64,000 bases of DNA, taken from Vicugna vicugna. Lineage: Eukaryota. The stretch is from NCBI GenBank assembly GCA_013265495.1, contig MU058423.1, positions 4,386,793 to 4,450,792 of the forward strand, given 5' to 3'. Made by a program: the position numbers and the translations under genes. This document shows positions 1-10,425 of the stretch, in pieces; the first letter of the stretch is position 1, and every line of letters starts with the position of its first letter. The notes beneath the pieces were generated by a model. It was not told the DNA's origin. It did not search any database and was given only the letters and a program-made list of their open reading frames with translations.

Positions 1-389
1 TCAGCATATAATGACACTTTTACCTCTTCTTTTCCAATTTGGATCCCTTTTATTTCTTTCTCTTGCCTGATTGCTGTGGCTAGGACTTCCAGGACTATAT
101 TGAATAGGAGTGGTGATAGTGGGCATCCTTGTCTTGTCCCAGATTTTAGTGGGAAGCTTTTGAGTTTTTCACCGTTGAGAACTATGCTGGCTGTAGGTTT
201 GTCATATATAGCTTTTATTATGTTGAGATATGTTCCCTCTATACCCACTTTGGCGAGAGTTTTTATCATAAATGGGTGTTGAATTTTATCAAATGCTTTT
301 TCTGCATCGATTGAGATGATCATGTGGTTTTTGTCCTTTCTCTTGTTGATGTGATGTATTACATTGATTGATTTGCGTATGTTGAACCA
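1..389 (-). mobile_element. LINE-1, 5'-truncated, ORF2 reverse-transcriptase region (continues off the left edge)
   Basis: The minus strand from 389 translates without a stop as [45 protein letters not shown]...[46 protein letters not shown](D). These are canonical L1 ORF2 RT motifs, ending at the start of the Y/FADD box. Confidence 0.97.
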
Positions 390-977
390 GAAGAATTTGG
401 AAGACATTTTTCCCACAGAAACTCTGACAAATGGTTTTAGTTTGCAGGTCAACCCATAAAAGTCTGTAACCCTTATTCTAGCTGAATCACCAGAGATACT
501 TTTAATTAAGAATACAGTAGAAACCAAGTATGTTGTCATATTAAAGATTAACCAATATGAAGTTAATAGGAAATGTATTCTTATTTATTTTTTATTAGTG
601 TTGTAGGAGGTAAAATAAATTGTATTGAGATAGAGGAGAGGGTAATGAAAATATTATGAAGAACTGGAAGGGCCTTCTAGAAATTTTAAAACACATTATG
701 GAGGGATATTATTGGTGAACTGAGCCCATGTCATTTCTATACATTTCAGATTTGCTTTTTTGGCTTTTCTTGGCTTTTCTCGGTTTGCATGTATGGATCA
801 TAGCGGGGGCTGTCCCATGACTCACAGATGTAAAGATATGAGGGAATGGGAGGAAAAAAGCAAGAAAGCATACAAGTACTCACCTCTGTGCCTGAGTTAA
901 CTGGAAAGAGTTTCAGGAGGAAAGGGGAGACTGATATATATTTCTGCTTCTATAACGTGGTTCTAATTTAAGATGTA

Positions 978-1660
978 TAATAGCCCTCCCTTATCTGTGG
1001 CTTTGCTTTCCACAATGTCAGTTACCCACAGTCTGAAAATATTACATGAAAAATTCCAGAAATAAACAATTCATAAGTTTTAAATTGCATGCTTTTCTGA
1101 GTAGTGTGATGAAATCTCTTGCCCCCCCACTCCATCCTACATGGGATCCCCAATCATTGACATTGTCTGCTCCTGACATCCAGCCATGGACATCATCATG
1201 GCTCAATGATCCAGAATCACCTAAAATAGATGATCCTCCTTCTGACACGCTGTCGAAGGTCAATAGTAACCTCATACTACGTCACAATGCCTTCATCACT
1301 CACCTCACTTCAGCTCATCAGGTAGGCATTTTATTACCTCATGTCATCACAAGCAGGGGGAGTACAGTTCAATAAGATATTTTGTGAGAGAGAGGACATT
1401 CACATAACTTTTATAAAAGTATATTGCCATAACTGTTCTATTTTATTATTAGTTATTGTTCTTAATCTATTACTGTGTCTAATTTATAAATTAAAATTTA
1501 TCATATGTATGTATGAATGTATGTATGTATGTATGTATGTATGTATGTATACATACATATAGGAAAAAACAGTACATACAGGGTTTGGTACTGTCCTTAG
1601 TTTCAGGCATTCACAGGGCATCTTGGAATGTATCCTCCAAGGATATGTGGGGAATTTCTG
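978..1660 (+). mobile_element. MER44/Tigger7-type TcMar DNA transposon relic
   Basis: Starts ...ccctcccttatctgtggctttgctttcc...gaaaattccagaaataaacaattcataagttttaaattgc and ends ...ggatatgtggggaatttctg. TA on both flanks (976-977, 1661-1662). Confidence 0.8.
1506..1560. repeat. (GTAT)n microsatellite inside the MER44 element
   Basis: tgtatgtatgaatgtatgtatgtatgtatgtatgtatgtatgtatacatacatat. Confidence 0.9.
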
Positions 1661-2180
1661 TAATTAACTAAGGAATGATAAAGAAAAAGCCAGGAAAATG
1701 TTGTGAATGCCACAGGGAAAAGATTTCAAATCAGAGAATTTCTTGCACTGGTCACCACCTGACAAAATCATCCAAGAGTATTTGGTTATTGCCTTGGAGA
1801 AGCTCAGTGCACCATAGGAACAGGGGGTGCAGGCTGGGGAGCAGAGTGAGGAGATGAACCATCCCCGAAGAATGACATTCAGACTGAGTTCTGAAGAATG
1901 ACAGAAATTAGTGAACAAGAAGGGACTTCTGGGTAGAGGAAGAAGAGTGGGCAAAAGCACAAAGACCAGGATGCATGATCCACTGACAACCTCTAGCACT
2001 TTGGTATGGCTGGAAGTGATGTGTAAGGAAATAAATGGTAAAACAAAATGCTAGGCAGGAGTTCAAGGACCTGATCATAAAGGGTTAGGGAGTTTAGATG
2101 TGATTGGGAAGCCAAGGTGGAGACTCTGAAAAGTTTAAGCAGGAGAGAGACACGATGAATCTTTTCTTTTTCAATCACTC

Positions 2181-2239
2181 AAAAAAGAGGAAGCAGGAAG
2201 GAAGGAAAGAAGGAAAGGAAGAAGGGAGAGAGGGAGGAA
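2181..2239. repeat. GA-rich (GGAA)n-like low-complexity tract
   Basis: aaaaaagaggaagcaggaaggaaggaaagaaggaaaggaagaagggagagagggaggaa. Confidence 0.8.
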
Positions 2240-2444
2240 TGTCTGGTAGCAAGAGAAAATGTATCTGCGTGAGGTGAAACTGAAGGCAAATTAAGAATTG
2301 TTATATTCCACGTGAAATTAGGATGATGTGAACTAAGATAGTGGTAGAGGAAATACAGATAAAATGTGGAAGAGAAATAGGTTCAAGAGACATTAAAAAA
2401 TCGAAGGACTTAGTGACTAGTTGGCAAAACACAACTTTGAAGAT

Positions 2445-2625
2445 ACAAGCGCTGTAGTCTTAATGACAGAATCTTCACTTGAGGCTTTTAAGCAAGTTGC
2501 TTAACTGTACTCAGACTGTATTTCCTATCAGCAAACTGAAGGTGTAATTAAGTACACTTCCAAGGGCTGATATTTATGGAAGTACTTGATGTGTAGTAAG
2601 TGTTCAATAATACTAGTTACTACTC
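2445..2625 (+). mobile_element. MIR SINE (degenerate)
   Basis: Core-like 'ctttaagcaagttgcttaactgtactcagactgtatttcctatcagcaaactgaagg' and tail 'tagtaagtgttcaataatactagttactac'. Confidence 0.6.
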
Positions 2626-3939
2626 ATTATTAGTAGGACAGCAAGGAATGGCTTCTAGCCAGAGAAGGAGAGGGAATACAAGAAAAGTGGACAATGAGGA
2701 GGAAGAGGCTGAGTTCAGTTTAAAATATCTAGAATTTCTGTTTATTCTGAGACGTGGAAATGTTCAGTTGGCAGTTGGAAACCCAGGCTTGGAGAGTACA
2801 AAAAGGTTGAAGAAACGGCCACGAGTAGGTGAAACTTAAAATCTGGAAGGCCATGAGAAACTTAAAGAGCTGTAAGCAAAAAATGTAATATTGAGAGGCA
2901 ACAACAGTGCAGAAGTTGTGGAAGGTGGTCTCTGAGAGGTGAGACTAACAGGAGATAAAATCACTCTACCATTCAAGAAAAGTGTCCTATCATCCAAAGG
3001 AAAAGACAACTTGGCCACTTATTAAAAGGCACTTTCAATTTCTGAATCTGAGTTAAACAATTAGTATATATCAAGTACATTTATTATATATTACAGTACC
3101 AGTATATTCTGAATTATAATCCTCCTATATCTTATCTCATTTTACCTATTTGTCTCTGTTCACTTTGTTTATGATACACATGGAATTTCAAAGGAAGAAA
3201 ATTTAATTCTTTTAAAAAATAGTCAATGGTTCTCATTTTTCAAGAAACCATCGTAGTCTAACTTTCATTATTCAGAATTGGTCAGATCTTATTGTCCAAT
3301 GTGAGCCAACTGAATTAAAGTGAACATTAGAATCGAACCTCACGGCATCACTGGGAATTTCCGAGTGCACACAATCTACTTGCACATAAGGAATGGCAAC
3401 TATAACAAAGATCATTTCACCCATCCAGGAATAGCAATTGTATCTTAAAATTCAAAACTAAACACTCATTTTCTAAATAAAAGAAAAACAAGGTAGAAGA
3501 AGATGTGTCAGAAAATCAACAAACAAGAGACAAGAGAGGGGGATTCCAGGCTAATCTGTGTGTCTCCAGGGCCCTCAGCAGGTGGGAGGAGGAAGGCAGG
3601 GGCTGACTCCCAGACACTGGCATTCTGGGCTAACAGCTGGAATCTGGGGCCTAGGGGTTATGGGAAGACCCCTGGGGAAAAACACAGTGAAACACACTGG
3701 CACTGAAGTCATCCCTTGGGATAAGGCTCTCGAACAAAGTCCACCCACTTTCCTTGTAGAGGACACTAAGGTTATCCATTCAGTAAGGCTGTGTAAAAAG
3801 GAGGAGGACAGCTGCACAAACTAGGAGTCAGACGTGCGGGGGCACAGACAATCAGAGGGTGAGAACATACACAAAGATGCTCATGGGCCCCTGGCTTCTT
3901 CCAAGGCACCTTGTCTCTCACTGCTGCTGCCACTGCTGT

Positions 3940-4424
3940 CATTTTCAATGGTGGCAAATATACACACAGTACAAAATTTACCGTGTGAACCATTTTCAGG
4001 TGTACAGTTAATGGAATTAACAAGTACACTCACATTCTCTCTAAAACTTTATTAGCTTCCCAAACTTTGTATCCATTAAACAGTAATTTCCCCATTCCCC
4101 TCTTCTCCTACACCCTGGCAACCACCATTCTACTTTCTGTCTCTATAAATTTGACTATTCTAGGTACCTCACATAAGTGGAATGATAGAATGTTTGTCCT
4201 TTTGTGTCTGGCTCATTTTACTTGGCATAGTATCTTAAGGGTTCATCCATGTTGCAGTATGTGTCAGAATTTTATTCCTTTTTCTAAGTCCGGGTAACAC
4301 GCCATTGTGTGTACATGCCACATTTTGTTTATCCATTTCTCTGTCAGTGGGCATGGTTTGTTTCCACATTTTGGCTACTGTGAATAATGCTACCATGAAC
4401 ACTGGTGCACGAATACCTGCTCAA
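3940..4424 (-). mobile_element. Old L1 3' end (L1MB-like)
   Basis: Typical antisense L1M 3'UTR/ORF2-end text: 'ccctggcaaccaccattctactttctgtctctataaatttgactattctaggtacctcacataagtggaat' and 'ttggctactgtgaataatgct'. Confidence 0.9.
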
Positions 4425-6498
4425 ATTAGGCACTTCAGTTTTTAACTTTTGACTTGCATTTACCTGCTAAGCCATTGCTCCAAATGTTTTAGGATATTAA
4501 GAACTTTCCAGTTTTAGATGTGTTCAAACTAGAACTGTCTATCTGTCCAGGGTGATGTAGAGGATTCTTATACCAGGTAAGATGATGCGGGACAACAGAC
4601 GAAGTTTATAAGGTCCTTTTAAGAGCGCAGAATACTAAAACATCTTATGAACCTACCAAATACTATTAGAGTGCTATGCTCAAATGGTAGAGGGAAAAAC
4701 TGAGTCAGATATTTGAGCAGCAAAGAGTGATTTGACAAGGCTGGGGATTTTTGATTCCCATTTTTATCTTTAGACACTAGTAGTTGTTTACTTTCTTAAA
4801 AAAATAAGTTAACAACGTCGTCCTCAAGCTTCATTTGCATTTCTAAATTCATCCAAGCCCTAAGACACCCCAAAGTATGACCAGATATCAATGTCTATTT
4901 TGCTATAAGAAGCCCCTCAAATGGAATGGAATTAATACTCTTTAAAATTTCAGATTTGTATGCCACTAACCAAAATGAGATTACCAGGAAGGACAATTTT
5001 AAATTTAAATAAATGCTGCCTTAGATGGAATAACTTACTCTTGATCCGCACATTTGTAATCAATAGGAAACTGTTTGGCTGCATCTGATTTTTCACATTT
5101 TTCACCTAAGTCAGGAATCCTAATGCAAAAATCCGCTCTGTTACGTGGATTTGTGATCTGTCTAGAGGGTTCTGGGTCCATTAACCAACGGATAGATTAC
5201 CATGAGACACAAATATAATGTTTTTGTCTCCAACCGAGACAGTCTTGCTCCAGTATTATTCATGTGATTTCAAGGAAACTGGTTGCTGTTTTCTTTAAAC
5301 TCACACCTGGAAATTAATAAAGAGAAAGGCATTTCTCTTGGTATTAATTCAAAATTCTAAAACAAAATTAATTATACATGCACTTTTAAAACTCCAGATC
5401 TTGGAGCTGGCAAGGAGAGCATTTTAGAATTTATTAATTCAAAATCCCAGAATGAATGTGCGTAATAGGAGGTATTATTTATGCAGAGTGTGAAGGGACT
5501 GCAAGATATGGGACCAAAGCATAGACCTGTCAGTTAAACAAGAGACATATTACACCTGGTCATGACTGAGACTTCTAGGCATTGCCCCCTTGTCTTACCA
5601 TCCTGGTGCTGCAGCCAGCTAATATCATGTCAAGAATTTCATACCTAATGTGATAAATACAGTCCCACCAAATGCTACAAATTCATTCAACTCTATTGCT
5701 AGATTCACATTGGCATGGGACTACTGATCAAAAAATTCAAGTGGTATTTTTGAAATTAAGAACTGTCAAATAAGATGTTGTCAGCGATGCTGAGTGGCAC
5801 GTATTGGTTTAAAAAATAATGCCTATGTCACTCTGTATTATATACAGAGGTAAATAATTGGGCCAATTATAAATCAGCCTTTTGTACAATCATTTAGCAT
5901 AAAAATCTAACAAATAGTCTCAAGGAAATTCCTCTTCCTAGCTAAGGCTGTAACTGAGCGTTTTTACATGTAATGTGAAATATTAATGACTCCCCTCCAT
6001 CCTTCTCCTTTCTGTTCAGTCCTGCTGCTCCAGTCGCAGCCATTCTTTCCCTGTAAAGGATAAAACAAAGTCATCCTGCCCTTGCTTCTGAATCATACAT
6101 GTCCTCGCCAACACCTGAGGCAGTGAAAAAAAATGAAGAAATGACAGTATCTGGTCTCAGTGTTTCTCACTACATTGTCGTAGAGGTATTTAGTATCTCA
6201 GACGCCGCGTTAACTCTTCATTGCCCTTTTGCAGCTTTGACAGCAGCTGTGCTCTGAACGCTCACCAATGTGTTTGCTCTGTTTGGAGCTAAAAGCGCAA
6301 GGCCTTTTGGAGAGAAGCCCCCCCGCCCCGAAAACCAGTAACTGGGTGAGCTGCTCTGTCCTTCGCAATACTTACTCATTCATTCATTCATTGCTATGCT
6401 AGAGCTCAATTTTCTGGAATCTTGTGAGTCAGTTGTTAAGCTGCAGCTTGAAATCAGCGCTAAGGTGGCAGCATGGAAATTCAAAAAAGGTACAATCA

Positions 6499-6552
6499 GT
6501 CTCCACCCTCTCCTCCCCAAAACTGGTCTCCACCCTCTCCTCCCCAAAACTG
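6499..6552. repeat. Perfect 27-bp tandem duplication
   Basis: gtctccaccctctcctccccaaaactg at 6499-6525 and again at 6526-6552. Confidence 0.97.
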
Positions 6553-6589
6553 GTGGTTGATAATACGAAACGTATCAACACAACACTAC

Positions 6590-7663
6590 ACTTATTTATC
6601 AAATACTTACTAAGTATCTACTATGTGCTGTGTGGGTGGTGCGATACAGCTATGAACAATAAAAATTCTTCAGTGCTAATGGGAAAGATAGGCAATAAAT
6701 AAGTACAAACTTATTTTTTTTTTTTTACAGAGAGTGAACAATAAAATGAAGAAAAGAAATAGGTGCTATGACAGGGAATAAAATAAAGGATGAGTCTTTC
6801 TGCAGAGGCAGCAGGGTCTAGCAGTTGAAAGGACAATCTCTGGAGTCAGAGTGCTGAGTATAATTCTAACCTTTATATAACGTGCGGTGCACATTATACA
6901 GCTCATGGTAGTATGATTTGGGGGACATCCTTTAAAATCTCTAAGCTTCAGTTTTCTTATCTAACAAATAAGAATGATAGTAGAACCTCTTTCACAGGGT
7001 GTTATAAGGATTCAGAAAAATAATCCAGATAGAATGACTACCACCAAGGCCTGAAAAATATTTTGAGCTAACTCAAAAAGAACGTCAGCTGTAATAATTA
7101 GCATCATTATTACCTAAAGAGGCATCATTTACTATGAAACTAAGAATATGTAAAATGTGATCCTAATAAAGAACCAAAGAAAGAGATTTCCGGGCCGAAG
7201 AAAGCATAAGGCACAGTCTTTGAGGCGCAAACATGGCTGGGTTGGTCCAAGAACTCTTAGAAGGCCTGAGCGACTGGAGACTAGTATATGAAGAAGAAAA
7301 AGGTGACATACTGCTTCACTGGGGCAGTTGGAAAGCCAGGGGTTTTCAGGGCTTCTTACACTACTGGGAGGTATCTAGATTTTATTGTACATGCAATTAA
7401 TTGTAAGCCTCCAAAGAGATTTAAACAGAGAGTGACATGAGTCAATTTATAGTTTTAATACCTCTCTTCCTGAAGCTTGGTGGTCAGTGGGTGAGAAGAG
7501 GTAAAAGCAGGTGCAGAAAAATTACATAAGAGTCTAATGCAGTAATTCAGATGAAAGATGACGGTCCTTTGCATGAGTAGGTGGCAAAGGAGGTGAGTGA
7601 ATATATTTGAGATGTTATTTTGGAGGTAGAATCAATTAGAATTTGGTCAGGGTCTGGATAAGG
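6590..7663 (-). mobile_element. L2 LINE 3' part (left half; interrupted by a MIR and by the MLT1 provirus)
   Basis: Antisense L2 tail 'ttatttatcaaatacttactaagtatctactatgtgctg', with later L2 body text ('gagatgttattttggaggtagaatcaattagaatttgg'). Confidence 0.7.
6805..7110 (+). mobile_element. MIR SINE inserted in L2
   Basis: 'gaggcagcagggtctagcagttgaaagg...tctggagtcagagtgctgag' and core 'tctctaagcttcagttttcttatctaacaaataagaatgatagtagaacc'. Confidence 0.75.
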
Positions 7664-8699
7664 GGGTGGCAGATTGCACTTTTCAAAGAGGAACACAACA
7701 ACACTTCATATCTCACATTCTTCTACAAGGTGACTCCATCAGATAAGTGGGATCTAACCCTCCTCCCCTTAAGCCTGGGCATGACTGTGACTACTTCAAC
7801 CAACTGGAGCACAGTGCTAATGATGCTATGTAACTTCCAGGGCTAAGTTACAGAGACAGTGTAATTTCCAACTTGTATGGGGATAAACAGTGTCCCATAA
7901 AAATTCAGAAAGTGATCTTATTTAGAAATAGAGTCTTTGCAAATGCACTTAGTCAAATGAGGACACAGTACATTAGGGTGGACCCTAATTCCAAGGACTG
8001 GTGCCCTTATAAAAAGAGGTGAGAACACAAAGATACAGATATACACAGAGGAAAGAAAGCCATGTGACAAGAGAAGCAGAAATTGGAGGGATGTAGCTGG
8101 AAGCCAAGGAGCATCAAGGATTGCTGGCAGCCACCAGGAGCTAGGAATGGAAGAAGGATTCTTTCCTAGAGCCTTCAGAACGACTACAGCCATGCCAACA
8201 CCTATCTCTCAGACTTCTAGCCTCCAGAGCTGCATGGTAATAAATTTCTATTTTAAGCCATCCAGTTTGTGGCATACTGTCACAACAGCCCTGGAAAACT
8301 AACACACACCTTGTCAGCTATAACACTTGCTTTTGAAGCTCTGAGCTTCAATGAAGTAAATTTCTGCTACTCTGAGTCCACCAGGCAGTGAGAAAGCTCA
8401 GGTCACGTAGAAAGGCCACATGAAGGTGCTTCAGCAAATAGCCCAAACTGAGGTCTCCAGCACCAAGCATCAGACCTGGGAGCGAAGACACTTGAAGATG
8501 ATTCTAGCTCCAGCTGGTGAACTGACCCCCAGCTGTTGAGTTCTACCAGGTAAGACCCTAGAAACTGTGGAACAGGGACAAACTGCCCTTACTGTACCTT
8601 GTCTGAATGCCTCATCCCAGAATCTTTACACATAATGAAAGGTAATTTGTGCCCCAGCACTGGGTAGTGGTTTCTTACAGAGAAATAGCAACCAGAACA
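7664..8699 (+). mobile_element. ERVL-MaLR 5' LTR (old MLT1F/G/H-like), interrupted by MLT1C
   Basis: Begins 'gtggcagattgcacttttcaaagagg' and ends 'agaaatagcaaccagaaca'. It is followed directly by the MLT-int start 'gaaaaatttggtaccag'. Confidence 0.75.
7874..8306 (+). mobile_element. MLT1C-like solo LTR (ERVL-MaLR)
   Basis: TG...CA termini. Hallmark text 'gccaaggagcatcaaggattgctggcagccaccaggagctagg' and 'aataaatttctattttaagccatccagtttgtgg'. 5-bp TSD caact (7869-7873) / cacct (8307-8311). Confidence 0.9.
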
Positions 8700-10115
8700 G
8701 AAAAATTTGGTACCAGAATGGAGTTCTGCCATGACAAAAGCCTGGAACATGTGACACTGGCTTTGGAGTCGGGCAGTGGGAAGAAGCTGGAAGGACCTTA
8801 AAGAGACAGTTGGTGAAAGTAAGTGAAAGCTAGTGAAGGCAGTCAATGAAAGCTGGAAAGGTCTTAAGGAGACTTTGGTGAAAGCTGGGATGAGAGGGAA
8901 GAAACTGTTATCGGAGACTAGGAAAAAACTGACCTTTACCACGTAGCAGCAGGAAGTTTGGCAACCCCATTGGCTGCATTGATACAGAACGTGAAAAGTA
9001 TGGTTAGCAAACTGGCAGATTTGGCTGAGGACGTTTCTTAGGCAGGATGCCAAACGTGCTAATCTGTTTCTTCCAGCCGTGTGTAAGACACAGTGAGATG
9101 CAAGGAAAAAAGTACTGACCAGCTTTTAAGCAAGCTTTACCAGAAATACAAAGGTCTTGCTTTGTTTTTTTGTTTGTTTGTTTTTTGTTTTTGTAATAGT
9201 TCATTCAGTGTTTCTGCACAGAAGATTTTCAAAGTGAGAAAGGGCCTCAGCGCAAAGATCAAACTTAGGCCTGTTAGGAAAATGTCTCAATGTTAGGAAG
9301 AAGAAAAGAGTGAGATTGTAAAATCCTTCATTAAAACTTCAGAAGGATTTAAGATGGTGCCTTATAAACCTTTCAAATATGTGTGGAGCCTTCTGGATTT
9401 AAGGGCATGCCTTTTTAAACAAGAGGCACCTAGACTCTAAAGGGTTTTGTCCTACAGCTACTGAAAAGATTTCTGGGTGTGCCTTTTGTCTCACGCAGCG
9501 GATGTATAAATTGATACACAGGAAACCTGAACGTTTTAAAGGAATTGAATCAATTAGGACTGAAAGGGCTGCAGATACACCACCAGATGAAGGGGATGGG
9601 GTCTTTGGACCCATGACCTACTCTGAGCAGGAAGCAGTAGGAAGAAGCTACTCAGCTGCAAACGTGGGCCATTTCTTCCCGAAAAGGCAAAATAACTCAG
9701 GGAGTGAAATCCAGTGCTGGAGAAAACAACTGCCTGGGAGCAGATCTGAGCCCTGGTCAAGGAATGAGCAAGGTGTGTCCAACGGAGGTTCACACCTGCT
9801 GTTCAAGAGTGATGGCTGCGTGCCTCCTGTTCCTCCTCCTTTTTTGTCTATAGTGGTTATCCTATGCCTGACCCTCGTTGCATGCTGGGTATGGGAGGAA
9901 GAGAACTGGAATCTTTTATTCATAGCTCTCCAGAGGGTGAACAGAAACACACCAGAAGAACTGCGTCCACAGAGCCTCCTTGGCACCTGGTTCTGATCTG
10001 GACGATAACATCCCAGACTTCAAGTTAAGACGAGGCTGGGGGAACTCTGAGGGAGGGATCTTGGGCATCTCAATGCGGAAAGGACGTGAATAGCGGTGGA
10101 CAGAGGGTGAACGGG
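8700..10115 (+). mobile_element. MLT1 internal region (MLT1-int)
   Basis: 'ttggtaccagaatggagttctgccatgacaaaagcctggaacatgtgacactggctttgg' at the start. The end 'ttttattcatagctctccagagg...ggacgtgaatagcggtggacagagggtgaac' resembles the MLT-int 3' end. Confidence 0.75.
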
Positions 10116-10235
10116 CACTGACGGTGTTTACCAAAGACAGCCACAGAAATATCTTCCATCCCACGCACCACTCTTCTCCAGCTTGTGCCACTGAGCTTTG
10201 AGGTGGTTTGTCACACAGTAACAGTAATGAGACCA
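10116..10235 (+). mobile_element. MLT1 3' LTR with a large internal deletion
   Basis: The LTR start ('tgtttaccaaagacagccacagaaatatcttccatcccac') is joined directly to the LTR end ('gccactgagctttgaggtggtttgtcacacagtaacag...acca'). Confidence 0.65.
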
Positions 10236-10425
10236 CAAGGATGAGAGTAAGAGGAGATCAAGGACGACTGCGAGGTTTCTGGCTTAGGCAAGCGGGGGAA
10301 AGGGGCACGTAATACCGTTGCTGAGATGCTCAGTAATAGTTTTGCAGGGAGCGGAGAGGAGGTGGGCAGGATGGGAAATCACAGTTGTCTACTGGCCCTG
10401 CTTTTAGAATGCGAGATATTCAAAT
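10236..10425 (-). mobile_element. L2 continuation after the provirus
   Basis: 'gagatcaaggacgactgcgaggtttctggcttaggcaag' continues the L2 text that was broken at ~7663. Confidence 0.7.

Noticed and set aside
76..282. 68-aa plus-strand ORF
   Set aside because: It is the antisense frame of L1 ORF2.
9502..9996. 164-aa plus-strand ORF (and the 154-aa minus-strand ORF 8589-9053)
   Set aside because: Both lie in the decayed MLT1 provirus and show no recognisable Gag/Pol motif. They are best explained as chance openness.
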